Numbered from the stretch's first letter, positions 42,021 through 56,637 are shown. The stretch is DNA of 64,000 nt from Eledone cirrhosa (GCA_964016885.1 OZ024740.1:87854001-87918000); one strand, 5' to 3'. The notes: generated by a model from the letters alone, not told the origin. Numbers and translations: made by a program.

Positions 42021-42307
42021 GAGAGATGAGAGAGAGACCTGATGCAATGTGATGCTGAGAGGATATGGTGGGTTGGATAAAGCCTTCAGTATTTCAGTTA
42101 ATAGAAACCAAATAAGTCATAAACACTCTTTTCTGAGGCTTATTACTGAAGCATTGACAAAAAAAGCCTTAAGCATGGCTGAAATAATAATAGATAAAAC
42201 GATGACGAGGTGGAGAATAAACAGTAAACTGCGTGCAATATGGAATGAAATTGAAATAGCAATAATGGAATATGTATAATTTGTATTCATCTAGAAACTA
42301 CGCTTAA

Positions 42308-42528
42308 CCCTTTAGCATTTAAAACGGCCATATCTGGCCAGAATTCTCTCACCTATTTCTGTTCAAACCGGTCGTAACTAGCCACTCATACTGATGTTAA
42401 GGTATTGTTCTCAAAATAAATAACATCAAAACCTCATAGATTCGATATCATGTGAGATAATTATGGGAGGTAACGACTTTACCATGAAAATACAATAGTG
42501 TATATAGAATAATGTAAATGCTAAAGGC
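42308..42528. mobile_element. piggyBac-type MITE
   Basis: TTAA|ccctttagcattta ... taaatgctaaaggc|TTAA: 14 bp TIRs (one mismatch) and TTAA target duplication. Confidence 0.8.
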
Positions 42529-42734
42529 TTAATTAACTTAACCATATTAGCAAGACATTCTTGAAAAGTACAAAACAGCACTATGACGATGCACGGGCAA
42601 TTATATATGTAGCCAAACAACGAAAAGACGAGGAATATTATGCCACTTTTACCTCCTTACGGACAACTGACGCTGCACACCAAGTCTGAACATAGAAGAG
42701 CCGAACTCCCACTGTCATCACCTCCATTTCTCTC

Positions 42735-43940
42735 GCCCTCCCATCTCTCTATATTATGAGCAAATGGGGTCCCACGTGCTGGCCGCTCCAAGACCCCGGC
42801 AGACAGAATGGAGAAGGCGTTCCCCCGGAGGATGGTAAGGGAGATGCGCTGGAAGAGCCATTCCATCTCGCGAGACTCACACCTGCGGCTAGCCAGATAT
42901 GCGCCTATGGTGGTAAGTAGGGAGGTAGCTCTGGGGGCTAAGGTCACCAGAAGTCTCCACTGCTGGGGGCTTGACTGCAAACCTGCCGGAGAGCGACCGA
43001 TATTTGGAGAGTTTACCCTCCTTAGTCCGAAGTGCAGCAGAACCTTGGTTAGTCGCAGACTGCACAAGGTTGCGGCTGGAGAATGTGTAGCTGCAAGTGG
43101 CATCTCAGACGAGGGGTTTACCACCGCGGAACGGGAAGATGGTCATACCATCTGGCCTTTTGCCGTCCCCTCGGTCCAGCCCCACCGGCTCGAGCTGGGA
43201 GGGCGAGCCTGCAGCATCCAAGCCATGCTTTATGACTTTGTTGAGGGCAGCATGGCGTGGAAGGCGGCCAGCACTGTAGCGACTGGAAAGCGGGTGGCGG
43301 CTGAAGAGTCCACGGTGGATTCGCAGCGATATTTGTGTCGCAGATCCGGAGGCCAGGTCTCAGGTAAACCCTGATGCACAGGCTATCATTGTCCACTGAC
43401 AAATAGTGGAGAAGGAGGGTAAAGCAAGGAGCCAGGCACCGCTATGGGTTGTGAGGCCGCGCGAAAACATGCAAGGTTGTGCTGGTCGAGCTGGCGCGCT
43501 AACCTGTCTGAGGCCAGGTTGAACTGGATGGCATCCCAAAACTCTGGGGGGACTTGACGTCAGCAGGGGGAGAAGGAGGATGGACGTCTACTGGGCTAAC
43601 TCCAAGCCGGTCCCACGTCTCACTGGTAGCCTCACGTTCCTCGATCACAGTGGATTCCATTCTTTAGGAGAACCTTATTGATGAGGACGCGGCATGAGGT
43701 TCCCCATGTAAGAAACGCCGGCAAAGCCAGCGAGATCGGGGACCAGAGGCTAAGGCCACCACATCTAACAGGTAAGGTGGCCTGTTGCCATCCAATGTCG
43801 TCAAACCTGACGTAGCATAACCCTTCAGCTGCCATTCGGATACAAGTGTCGCGGTCAGCAAGGAAAGATGCATGGCCGAAGCACGGAGCGCTACGAAGCG
43901 GTTCCTCAACTGGAAGAGGGGTGGGTGGGTGTCAGTCATG
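42735..43940 (-). mobile_element. CRE-clade RLE retrotransposon 3' relic
   Basis: [51 protein letters not shown]. Confidence 0.75.
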
Positions 43941-44129
43941 CCCCATCGTCTCGCAAGGTGTATTTACATTAGCTATAAGATATTTTCGATATATTATTTT
44001 CGCCGGTATTATAATTCGTATATGTTTTCATTTTCGTCAGGTTACTAAACATTAACTTCTTTATACAAAGTATTCTTTTCTAAAGACAACTAATAATTAT
44101 TTATTTACAATAGTTTATAACATTGCCTA

Positions 44130-44590
44130 TTAATCTGTATGGTGAGCAAATGGGGTCCCACGTGCTGGCCTCGCCACAGCCCAGGCGAACAGGATGGAGA
44201 AGGCGTTTCTCAGGAGGAGGGTAAGGGAGATGCGCTGGAAGAGCCATTCCAAATCGCGAGGCTCACACCTGCGGCTGGCTAGCTCAGCGCCTATGGCGGT
44301 GAATAGGGCGGTAGCCCTAGGGCCAAGGACACCAGAAGTCTCCACTGCCAAGGGCACGACCACGAACCTGTCAGAGAGCAAACCTTTACTTAGAGAGTTT
44401 GGTCTCCTCAGCCCGATGTGCAGCAGTATCAGGGTTAGTCGTAGACTGCACCAAGTTGTGGCTTGAGAAAGTGTCGCTACAAGTGGCATCCCAGACGAAG
44501 AGTTTGCCACTGAGGAACGGAAAGATGGTCATACAGTCTGGCCTTTTGCCATCCCCTCGGTCCAGCCCCACTGGCTTGAGCTGGGAGATG
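44130..44590 (-). mobile_element. Second CRE-clade RLE fragment
   Basis: [53 protein letters not shown]. Confidence 0.75.
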
Positions 44591-44704
44591 TGTTGTTGAA
44601 TTGGTAAATTCTTACAATTACATCCGCCACTCTTTGGAAAATAAATTACTTTTTACTTTTGACTTTAGAGGTATACGATCATGTACTTCGGTTTGCCAAA
44701 TACT

Positions 44705-44799
<95 letters not shown>

Positions 44800-44802
<3 letters not shown>

Positions 44803-44961
44803 GGAAAAAGTATGAGCCCCGACGGCAGAGCTGAAGCCGTTTCGACGGCTATTTGTGGACTGAGTCCAGAACTAGTCGCCGAAACGGCTTCAGCTCTGCC
44901 GTCGGAGTCATACTTTTCCTACTACCCACTCTACTACCCTAAGTATTGAGTACTCTGGCGC

Positions 44962-44966
<5 letters not shown>
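44800..44966. mobile_element. Two-ended PLE1-family hairpin insertion
   Basis: taggaaaaagtatga...gtttcgacggcta / tagtcgccgaaacgg...tcatacttttccta. Confidence 0.85.
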
Positions 44967-45045
<79 letters not shown>

Positions 45046-45050
<5 letters not shown>

Positions 45051-45328
45051 TAAAATAACAGATTAAAGTTTAAGCAAAGAATCGCTGCTTTCACCCTTAA
45101 CAGGATCTTCTAAAACTAACAAAGTCAATCTGTAAACGCAGAAGTGAATATTTCAAAAAACGTTACAACCGGAGGAAGACAGGAAGACGATACTTTGGTT
45201 CGTGGAAACGTTCCCTGGCAAAGAACGGGAAAAAACGAATATAATACGTCATTATTTATATTTGATATATATTTATCCTTATCGAACCCTCTTTGGATTT
45301 TAGTCTTCAAATTTATTATTACTACTAT
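45046..45328. mobile_element. Two-ended PLE2-family mini-insertion
   Basis: Left part matches 19210-19417, right part matches 22545-22620; similar minis at 49959-50074, 56437-56570, 58971-59090. Confidence 0.85.
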
Positions 45329-45597
45329 ATATGTATATATATATATATATATATTTGTGAATGAATGTATATATATATATATAAGTTAACAAGATATCGT
45401 TTAAGGAAATCTAAGTAGTGGTTGTGAGTACTCTGTTTTGAGGATAGTTTTAACGTTCGGCGTTGTTTGACTCAACAAGTAGTTTCCTTAGTCGGGTGGC
45501 CGATTTAAGAAAGTTCCTAGCTAAGCGGTTCTTGGAGTAATAATAGTAAATGAGTGAAGAATAACGTGGTCGGCTGTATAATAGGGTTTATTCAAAA

Positions 45598-45694
45598 ATT
45601 AACAATTGTTTCATTAATCCGGTGCGTCTAAAAATCGCTGATCGCCAGATGCTCGATTTTAATTACAGTCGACACCCGACCAAATCATCAGAAT
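45598..45694 (-). ncRNA. Probable hammerhead downstream of the PLE3 fragment (family J)
   Basis: att-CTGATGA-tttggtcgg...ccggattaat-GAAA-caattg-TT|aat; weak stem I. Confidence 0.5.
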
Positions 45695-46042
45695 ACTGAT
45701 CTGTGTACATGATACAGTGCGCTAGTATTTATAGATACATGGAGAAATAACAGGAATGAAAACAATAATAATGCTTTCTTTCTTTTTTTTTATGCTTTCT
45801 TTAAAACAATAATAATAATAGTTATAAGAGGGGGGTGCAGTGATGAGGGGGATACTGGGATAGAGGCGTAAAATAGTAATAACAATAATAACAACATGGA
45901 AAAGATAAGGGAGATATTTAAAGTAACTTGACAGTGTAATCAAATGGGATGGGATAAGATGAGGGGATAATGGTGACAGTCAAATACAGTGGGGAGAAAT
46001 GAATTAAATAGATGAAACAGCAAGATATAAAATAAAAAGATA

Positions 46043-46234
46043 ATTGTTTCTACTTTTTGGCACAAGGCCACCAATTATCCTAGTACATTACTGGTACTTT
46101 ATTTTATCAACCACGTAAGGATGAAAGGCAAAGTTAACCTCGGCGGGATTTGAACTCAGTTCGTAAAGGGGCGTAACTATGTTGAAAAGCATATCGTCGA
46201 ACCCCCTACCGATACTGCCAATCCACCGCCCTTA
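46043..46234 (-). mobile_element. tRNA-derived SINE
   Basis: Reverse complement of the 17395-type unit. Confidence 0.85.
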
Positions 46235-46557
46235 AAATAAAAATAGAATAAAATAAAATAAAAAGATAATGATAATAGATGTATGATTAAGATTGGGGTA
46301 TTTTGAAAAGTATTATCTTAATGGAGGTGAAGATTGATGGTAATACTGTGTGTATTACTGTATCTATAAAAAAAGCTAGGGGTGCGTCGTTTGATCTTAT
46401 GTTCGATTGGTCAAAAGTTCATTACTTTGCTTACTATTGGTAGATGTAGGAAGACTTCACCCGTACGTGGCTGACCTTCAATCGTAGTAAGGAGGTGTAA
46501 AATTGGTCCGTTGGCGCCAGTATTGCAGACGTTTTAAACCCGGGAAGTATTTTTGTT

Positions 46558-47040
46558 TTATGGATAATGAGGTTGCCAGATCGAATTTGTTCGTCTCGGT
46601 TTATAGTTAGAGAATTTACTAGCAGCTTTGTGCCTACAGAAAATTATCCGCTCTATTTTGCTGTTAAGCAGCGTTTTATTATATTGTAGAATATGGAGTA
46701 GTTCCATATTGCAGAGTCCACAATGGGACATCCGGTTCGTGTAGGCTTTTCCATTTGATAATTTCGACCAGCTAATTTCATATCCTTGATTATGGTCCTT
46801 AAGTTGCCAGATTTTATTGGTCAGCGTTGTTGTGTTTCTGAGTTTTAGGTTTTTAATGAGTGCCGATTCACATACCATCGTTTTTTTAATTCACCAGCCG
46901 TAGAACCTCAGTAGTACCATGCCAGATTACCAGAGTTAATAGTGCATAGGTACACCATACTGGATTCCAGGCATCTATTCTGAAGTGGGCATTTATCCGG
47001 CAGATGGCAGTTACAATTGGAGGCCTTCCTATGTGCAGGT
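46558..47040 (-). pseudogene. PLE3 GIY-YIG endonuclease fragment
   Basis: VYLC..YY*GSTAGELKKRW, TTLTNKIWQLKD..YEISW..CGLCNME..FCRHK, homologous to the PLE1 C-terminus. Confidence 0.8.
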
Positions 47041-48220
47041 TCTTCGTTGTAGCTCGATATGTGGTTTGAGGCGCGTAGCTGAGTGGTTAGAGAATTGGAT
47101 TCGCAATCGTGAGGTTGTGAGTTTGATGCGTTATGTCTTTGAGCAAGACAGTTTATTTCACGTTGCTTCTTCTACCTGGAGTTGCGACCGATAGATAATA
47201 TTAGCAATTGGAAAGACCAACAGAAGCATTGTTTCCTCGGTCCGATTTGACGAAAGTCGATCGACTGTCGATATATATGTTTAATATGTTAGTTCCCGAG
47301 TTGTGTCGGAGGAAACCACAGTTAAAAAGTGCTCAGTACATTGGTTGAGTATAGGCATCTATATTATATATAACAATGGCCTCTACATGACTAGAACTGT
47401 TTCATTCGTAAGAAATTGCCAGGACATTCCTGATAATTTTATACAAATGAAACAGTTCTAGACCTGCAGAAGTAATTTCTTTATATATATAAAATTAGTT
47501 ATTTAAACAGGAAAATATAATTATGAATAAATAAATAATAAAAATATAATAGTAGAGGAGGAATTTATAGTTTATGTGAAGCATTGTGTATGATATATAA
47601 AAGTTGAAGTTTGAAAGCCACGACAATGTGAAATGGACGAATAAAGAGTGAAACAAGATGTTATGTGTTTTACCTTAATTTATTTATGTCCTGATATTTT
47701 GGGATAAAAATCTCTTCTTCTGAGGAAAATAAAAGGACTAATTCAGAGTCCGATGAAGCGTGCTATACCATGTTGTGGCTTTCAAACTTCAACATTTATA
47801 ATAGTAGAATTAGTATTTGATAATTGATAGAATAATCGAACTCGGTATCCAAAGATATATTTTTATGTATATCCGTACGTAAGACCATAAGGAAATAAAA
47901 AAAAAAAACGTTTCAAAATTAGAATTGCCTAGGTGGTTGACCGGTACAACAGCTGATTACATAACTCTGAATTTTAAACGGTACACAATGTAAAGATTTG
48001 AAGAAGAAGAATTTTTTTTTAGTTCCTTCTTTTCCTAGCTAGAAGAAGTTATAATGTAGTTACATTGATCGACCGTTCACAAACTTCAAATCCTTGCGAC
48101 CAACAGTGATGGTAACATAAGGATGCCCGTCTCCCGGCTGTCCTTGTCTAACATCTTCTACTTGTCTGAGGGCAGATGGTCTCGGTTGATGTACCACCCC
48201 AGTCTTCTTAAAGCTGATTG

Positions 48221-48540
48221 TTAATTAGTGTGCCTCTTCAAGATATATTGCGCCATGTGCATCGGCATCAGCAAACAGGAAATCACGAATAACACTTGTT
48301 TGTTACAGCACTGATGGTTGAATAATCTGCCTGGTGTATGTAATTCAAATCTGACACCAGTGTCTAAGTTGCCAAATGCATAAGGGAGCATTATAGATAA
48401 CAAAGCAAAGACAACGGGTGCCATGAAAAAACCCTGCTTCGCACCGTTTGTGACATCAATGGGTTTAGAGCATTCACCATTTGATATAATTTATACTTTT
48501 ATGGCCTCATGAAAAAAAACGTGATAATATTCAGCATATT
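48221..48540 (-). mobile_element. RTE RT relic
   Basis: NGAKQG..APVVF, GVRFELHTPGRLFN resembles GVKQG..GVYIRYRTSGSIFN of the 34838 ORF. Confidence 0.55.
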
Positions 48541-49882
48541 GTCAGTTATTAGATTATAGCTATTTGTATGTTACATTGTAAATTACCCCCCCCCCCTTCT
48601 CCGTTACTAAATTGTGCATTATTAGTTAATTAATTATTTTCACGATATTTGAGTGATGCATGATTATTTCACTGCAGATGTCTATATTTTTTTTCCACCT
48701 GCAGAGGGTACATTACCAGATTTATTCAACTATTATTATAGTTATTTACATAGTAGCGACTACAATTTTAAAATTTAAAATTTCCAAATGTCTCGTAAGT
48801 CAATCAAATGTTTACATTTCTAGATTCATGCTTAAATCTTCAAAACCTACTGTATTTAGTGATCCGAGACGAGGGGAGGAGGCCTTGGTAAAATGTTTAA
48901 ACGCGCTCACCCAGAATACAAGAGATGCGGGCTTCAATTCATCATAAGTGTCTCTGTCAACTTGTTTCCCGACTGCAGGGGTACTTTACCAGATTTATTC
49001 AACTAATATGTATAGTTATCAACTATTACTATAGTTATTTACATTGTGGCGACCATACTAAATGTTCAATTTTTCAAAATAGATCTTACGTATAAAAATC
49101 GTTATTTCTTATTAAATGATCTGGAGGGAATCTTATGTTTAACGGTTTTATTGGCTTACGTCAGCAAATGTCAAAAATCAACTGATTTTATCGGGTCTTT
49201 TTATTACATATTGTAAAGAAGAATATTTGTTATTCTCTTTGTGTATGGCCATATAGCAACTGAATACATTTAAAACTTGTCTTCTGACTTCCATCACATT
49301 TTCTTCATGCAGATGTATGTATAGACATAATGATGGAATCGTAGGGATGCCATCGTAGGCATTTAAAAGCTGGCTGAGTCCTTCCTTCTCCAAGTTTGAA
49401 CACAATCTAGTTTTTCCAGACAAGGAAAGGGAGAGTGAGAAAGATATATAGAGGAAGAATTGACACCAATACAGAGTTGGTACTTTTTATCAACCACGAA
49501 AGGATGAAAAGGGAACTTGACCTCGGTGGGATTTGAATTCAAAATATACCAACAATTACATCCACAAAATAATTCATTCCAGCTCATACTTGATCTTTAG
49601 AGGTAAGGGCTTCAAATATTTCAAGAACTTTACCATCATCATCATACATAGCATGTCCACACCTTCCTTATCTCTCTTAGAGTTTCCTTCTTCTTCGCCT
49701 TTCTATTTTCATAACGTACCTCCCTATTCACACACTCATTCAGAAATACCTATCTATCCATCATTCCCCCACCCTTGAATCTTTCCCTAATTATACTATC
49801 TCTGTTATTGAAAAATGCAATCTTGTCTGATCATCCTGAAACTCCAGAATAACTAGATTCTCTACTTAGTCATAATATATAT

Positions 49883-49961
<79 letters not shown>

Positions 49962-50209
49962 GTAATATTAATAAATGTGAAGACTAAAATCCGAAGAGGG
50001 CTCGGGTTTCAGAAGATCCCGTTAAGAGTGAAAGCAGCGATTCTTTGCTTAACATTAAATCTGTTATTTTAATATCTATCTATCTATCTATCTTATTTTA
50101 TTTTTATATTTTGTTATTGCCTCCTCCTTATTGAGGACGCCTTTTTGTGTAAACTACCCCCTTTGTACTTGTCCCACTTTTGATGCCCTAGTGGCAAATA
50201 AAAGAAACA

Positions 50210-50318
<109 letters not shown>

Positions 50319-52717
50319 CAGTGTAACTGCCATAAAACTTACTAATTGTGTTTGCTCTGTAATGCAACGAGCAGTCTATAAACTGCATACACTTGTTATT
50401 TCATTGAGCATGTGAGCTACGTCGGTGGTCACTAAGATAAATTCGGTGACCTCTGTAAACTATCCATCTCTCTCGCTCTCTCTTTATATATATATATATT
50501 AAGGCCAGTTACTACAACGGAGTAATATCATGAACGTCTTCCAGGCCAACGAAACGTACGTTCCTGATATGGTTCTGTGATAGTAACTGGCCTAAATAAT
50601 TATATTAAAAGTCACCCTAAACAATTGACTTGCTCTATACATTGATTATTTCTAACAAGTTATCACCACTTACGCGTGCCGGTGCAGAAAGTGCATGAAG
50701 GTGGTCAGATTTTTACTTTTAACAACTAGGAGTATATGTTTAAATTGACAATTCCATTTACAAACAGCAAGCCGACTTTGGAATGTAAACTTGTGGCTTT
50801 GTTGCATATTTCATTTTTTTTTTGTATGAGAATCCTGAAGTGCCCAGGGTTCCGCTCGTAAATGAATCCAGGCAAGGTTGATATAAATAGCTTGCTTATA
50901 TATATTTTCTTTAGAGTCAAGTATAAAAAAAATGTTTTCATCTAAAATACCCAATCGCAATTAAAGGCCGTTGGGTTAGCAAGGGCTCTCAACCGAGGAT
51001 GTTTGGCAGGAAATTTACAGAATCATCAGATTATTAGATTGAATGTCTTTCAGAGTCCGTTCTAGCTCTTTGTATTCTAAATTCAAATCCCACTGAGTTA
51101 AACATTGCCATTTATCGACTCTTCTTGATGAACAATAGCTGAAGTTAAAAGTTTACAACGACTTTATCACTGGTTCATTATATTTCTGACGTCATCGGGA
51201 GTGACAATGGAGGGTTTTGAAATTAATGTAGAGCAGGTGTTTCAAAGGAATCCTTTTGAAAGGTATCAGTTGTGTTTATGTCCCTTACCAATATGCATTA
51301 ATAAAATAGGCACACATACACACATGTGCATACACACACATACAGACACTCACTCGCACACACACGCGCGCACACACACACAATGCCACACATTTGCTGG
51401 CACATGCACCACCATAAATACTTTCTTTCTTCAAGGGTGCAGGCGTAACAGTATTCAGAATTTAAACCTGGTAAAACTTATTCTCTTCCATATCAGACTA
51501 TAGCCAATGTCTCCCACAAAGAGGGAAAAGGATAAAAGGCTGAGAAGCAGTTCGATTCCAGTAATGAGAAGTTTATTTACCAGTCCCCAAATTAATGAAA
51601 GCAAACTTGGCATTACCTTCAACTATATATTTGTTCCCATCCCACACAATTCTAGCTTCAGGATCTTTAGAATCACTGCTATTAATAATTATCTGGTATG
51701 CGTTACATCACCGATTGACCATCTGAGGACTTTCCGAGTTACACACAACACACTGGAATTTGTCTCAATTCCTAGAGAGCTTGGAAAAAAAAAATTCCAA
51801 TCTTCAATATATGAATATACTCGATATTGGTTTATAATTCTCCGGATCTTGCAGAGACGAGGGGGGACATCAAGTCAATCTTTATAGAACGCCAAACCAC
51901 ACTCCTTCTTTCACAATACAAACACACACATATAAGTGAGAACTAGATCTATTATTTTAACGAAACACTGGTAATAAATAATATATATTTATATTTATCT
52001 ATATTTAACCCTGATTTATATATTATTTAAAAATGTATACCTTTTATACTTTTTTTAATTTATACTTTTTTCTTAATGTAGTTTGTATGTAATGTATTTT
52101 TTGTAATTCATTTTCGTTCACTTAGCTGGTTTTGGCCAGTTGATATTCACACAGAATCTATTGCCCTTTACTTTTGTGGCTGTTGTCTGAGTAGCTAGCC
52201 TTAACGGTACAGTAGTAGTAGTATAACAACGTGATAATTGTTGCCACTATACAAGCACCACACCCAACTTGGTCGCGCCTACCAAACCCACACTGCCTTG
52301 CATTGACGAGCTTGTTAAACGCAAATGGTCTGTGACTACAACACCTACTTTTCAGGCTATCTCCGAATCAAATATTTTCTGTTTATATTTTCTGTTTGTG
52401 TTTCCCGTAATTCCTTTATAAATTATCTAATTGTGCAATACGAACCTGATGATGTCACCAGGATCTTATGTAACCAGGCCAATAAAACCAGCCATAAAAC
52501 TTTAAGGGAACTTCCGTCTTGTTATTTTAATCAAACTAATAATTAACTCTGTTCCCGTACCACCCACAGGATTCAACATCAACGATAGATGAGTTGCGTA
52601 ACGTTGAGTGTTTTTCTTATTATTATATCATGTTTAACTTTACAGAATGACCAGTTCTATCCAGTGTTGAACCACTAACCTTAAATGAATATATAAATAT
52701 AAATAAATATATATATG

Positions 52718-53387
<670 letters not shown>

Positions 53388-53391
<4 letters not shown>

Positions 53392-53537
53392 CGAAGGAAA
53401 TGTGGTAAGGAACCAGGTGGACCATAACGCACCAAAGTACTCAATACTTAGGGTAGTAGAGTGAGTAATAGGAACGAGTAGGACCCCGACGGCTGAGCTC
53501 AAGCCCTTACGACGGCTAATTCGGGGTCCTACTCGTT

Positions 53538-53542
<5 letters not shown>
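53388..53542. mobile_element. Two-ended PLE1-family mini-insertion
   Basis: aacgaaggaaatgtgg...gacggctaatt / cggggtcctactcgttcttat. Confidence 0.85.
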
Positions 53543-53600
<58 letters not shown>

Positions 53601-53831
53601 CCTCAAAGATTTAGTAAGTAGGAAAAAGCATAAGACCCTACGAGCACCAGGAAATGTTGAGGCTCAATATGTAGAATGTGGGTAGGAATTTTATATGGTG
53701 TACCCAGTATAGACTGTATATAAGTGACGGACTTGCATATCAAACAGTGCCTTTCTGAAAAGCTCAGTGAACACCCATCTGACTTTAATGAAATATCATA
53801 ATTATGTTTTAAGGAATTGAATAAATAAAAG

Positions 53832-53956
<125 letters not shown>

Positions 53957-54097
53957 TTAGATATGTATATATATATATAAATATAGCAAAGGTAAAAATA
54001 TATAAAATTAGCTAAATGTGTTTATATATTATCGGTCTAAAGAAAAAAGAGATTTTATTTAATGGAAGACTCTCCTGGCGTATATCGACGTATGAGG

Positions 54098-54141
<44 letters not shown>

Positions 54142-54161
54142 TTACATATATATATACAACT

Positions 54162-54208
<47 letters not shown>

Positions 54209-54642
54209 ACCTGGGCTTCCGCATCGTTTCCGTCTGCCAAACTTTCCGTTTCAAGGTATTGATCAAGGTATAAATTATAGGACTTCAATGTCTGAAACAA
54301 TAAGTTAACAGCCACATCTGAAATAGTAAAATATACTTTCAGAGTTGTATTTGTTTGGCAAGAGACTTGATAAAATATAATTGAACGCACTATAAATATA
54401 AAATGATGAATAGACTGTTTGCCAAATACATTAAACCAGTCTATCGTCACTTCAAAATAAATAACATAATTAGTATATAAGATATACCATCGGAAGAACA
54501 ATTAAGAAACGCAATAATGGTAGATAATAATTGTATTCCAACAATATCCATCTGATAGTCAAGCCATTACACTTCAAACACTCACTATGACCCACCATCA
54601 ACATTTGCTTCACGCTCTTCACTTTGTTTTTCTCTGCGTGGA

Positions 54643-54683
<41 letters not shown>

Positions 54684-55023
54684 AATATATATATATATAT
54701 TATTAAAGAAATGACAACTCAAACACAATGATGCGAAAACACAAAGTATCTCGCTTAGATATATATATTATATATTTTTTAATTGAAAGTTAGAAGCATC
54801 AGCGTTGACTGACTATGAAGATTGTCTAATATGTTGGATATATAAACCCCGGAGGCGGAAATATTCGTACAATACTGCCCGTGGGACTGAAACCTATCAC
54901 ATGCCGGTGTGGGTTCGAGTCCCAACGTTGATAGTTCTAACTTTCAATTCAAAAACTTCCTATTACTTAACGTTTCTAAAAATATACATATATATGTATA
55001 TATATGTATATTTCTATATGTAT

Positions 55024-55227
55024 ATAGGAAAAGGTATGACCCCGACGGTAGAGCTCAAGCCGTTTCGACGGCTATTTCTGGACTGAAATAGCCGGTAGAA
55101 ATAGCCGTCGAAACGGCTTGAGCTCTGCCGTCGGGGTCATACTTTTTCCTATTCCCACTCTACTACCCTAAGTATTGAGTACTCTGGTGCATTATGGTTC
55201 ATCTGGTTCCTTACCACAATTCCTTTG

Positions 55228-55231
<4 letters not shown>
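55024..55231. mobile_element. Two-ended PLE1-family hairpin insertion
   Basis: ataggaaaaggtatgacccc...ctatttct / agaaatagccgtcgaaac...tttgttat. Confidence 0.85.
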
Positions 55232-55265
<34 letters not shown>

Positions 55266-55304
55266 ATATTAAATAAATGGAAACTATATTTATAAAACCA
55301 TATT

Positions 55305-55365
55305 TATTCTATTATATATATTTCAAGAGTACCAAAACTTTGGTACGCTCTCATCAGATAAAATA
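55305..55365 (-). ncRNA. Type I hammerhead (family E) with (AU)n stem III
   Basis: tattttat-CTGATGA-gagcgtaccaaa(gt)tttggtactctt-GAAA-tatata-TA|atagaata. Confidence 0.75.
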
Positions 55366-55520
55366 CAAAGTTTGTTTTATAAATGTTGACATAACCAAGA
55401 AAAGATACCTTAACGGTTCAAGTTTTTTCTTGGATAGTTTATTTATATTTGTTGAATTATATTTGTTGAATTACCAACAAATTGAATATCCCTTTTGCTT
55501 ATATATATAGAGAGATATAT

Positions 55521-55680
55521 AAGGCGGCGAATTGGCAGAGTAGATAGAACGTCGGATAGAATGCTTTGAGGCATTATTTCCGGTTCTCTGCTCACTGAGT
55601 TCAAATCCTACCGAGGTCAACTTTGATGTCAGCCTTTCGAGGTCGATAAAAAAAGTACCAGTCTAGTATTAAAGTAGATT
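55521..55680 (+). mobile_element. Older tRNA-derived SINE
   Basis: aaggcggcggaattggcagagtag...gagttcaaatcctaccgaggtcaacttt...gtcgataaaa..gtacc. Confidence 0.75.
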
Positions 55681-56563
55681 CTCCTCTATATCCCTTTCTC
55701 ACTTCCCCTCTCTCACTTTCCTCCTTCTTTGAAAGAAATTTGCACTATTCAGACCTGAATGGGCTCCACCAGGCTTAAAATGCCCAAGAACTACCGTATA
55801 CAACTACGACTCCCTCAGGGCTGACGGGACTATAACATATTATATATATATATATATTTAAAAAAAGGAAAGCAATTTAATTTAATTTTATGATATTATA
55901 ATTTTACAATTTGGTTTAGTAGATTTAGTAAATTCTTTGTTAACCTGGGTGGGGAGACTTTTAAAGATTCCTGGTTAACTTTCCTGAGAACTTTCTCGAT
56001 AGAAAGAGAGAGAGAGAGGTTAAGACGGCACACAATAAAATAAATAAATAAATATGTGGAGCAAAGTTACAACCTAATAGTTAACGAGGTAAACGAAAAA
56101 AGTGGTTGTCATTATATTTTACAAACTTTAGTACAATGAGCGTGTTGTAGAAATATTTACTCCAAAGTAGAATAAGAATAGAAAAGAAATATCAGGCTGG
56201 AGAATATATATATATGCTTAAGTTTCAATGATGCATTAATATGCAAGCAAAACATGACCCCCCCCCCCTAAAAAAAAATGTGACGCTACCGACTGTGGGA
56301 ATCGAACATCGCATCTGTTTAATCTTAAATTAAGCGTTCATAAATGAATTACTGGAATCAACTACAATGCTGTTCATACTGTCCTATCGCATGAAGATCA
56401 GCAGAACTGGACCAAACACTAAACCACTAGCCGATGAATAACAGATTAAAGTTTAAGCAAAGAATCGCTGCTTTCATCCTTTGCTCTACGGTTCTTATAT
56501 ATTTGATATATATTTATCCTTATCGAGCCCTCTTTGGATTTTAGTCTTCAAATTTATTATTAT

Positions 56564-56637
<74 letters not shown>

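Noticed and set aside
48699-49055. Diverged direct repeat ctgcag..ttaccagatttattcaacta (~275 nt apart)
   Set aside because: Old local duplication with no ribozyme, TIR or ORF evidence
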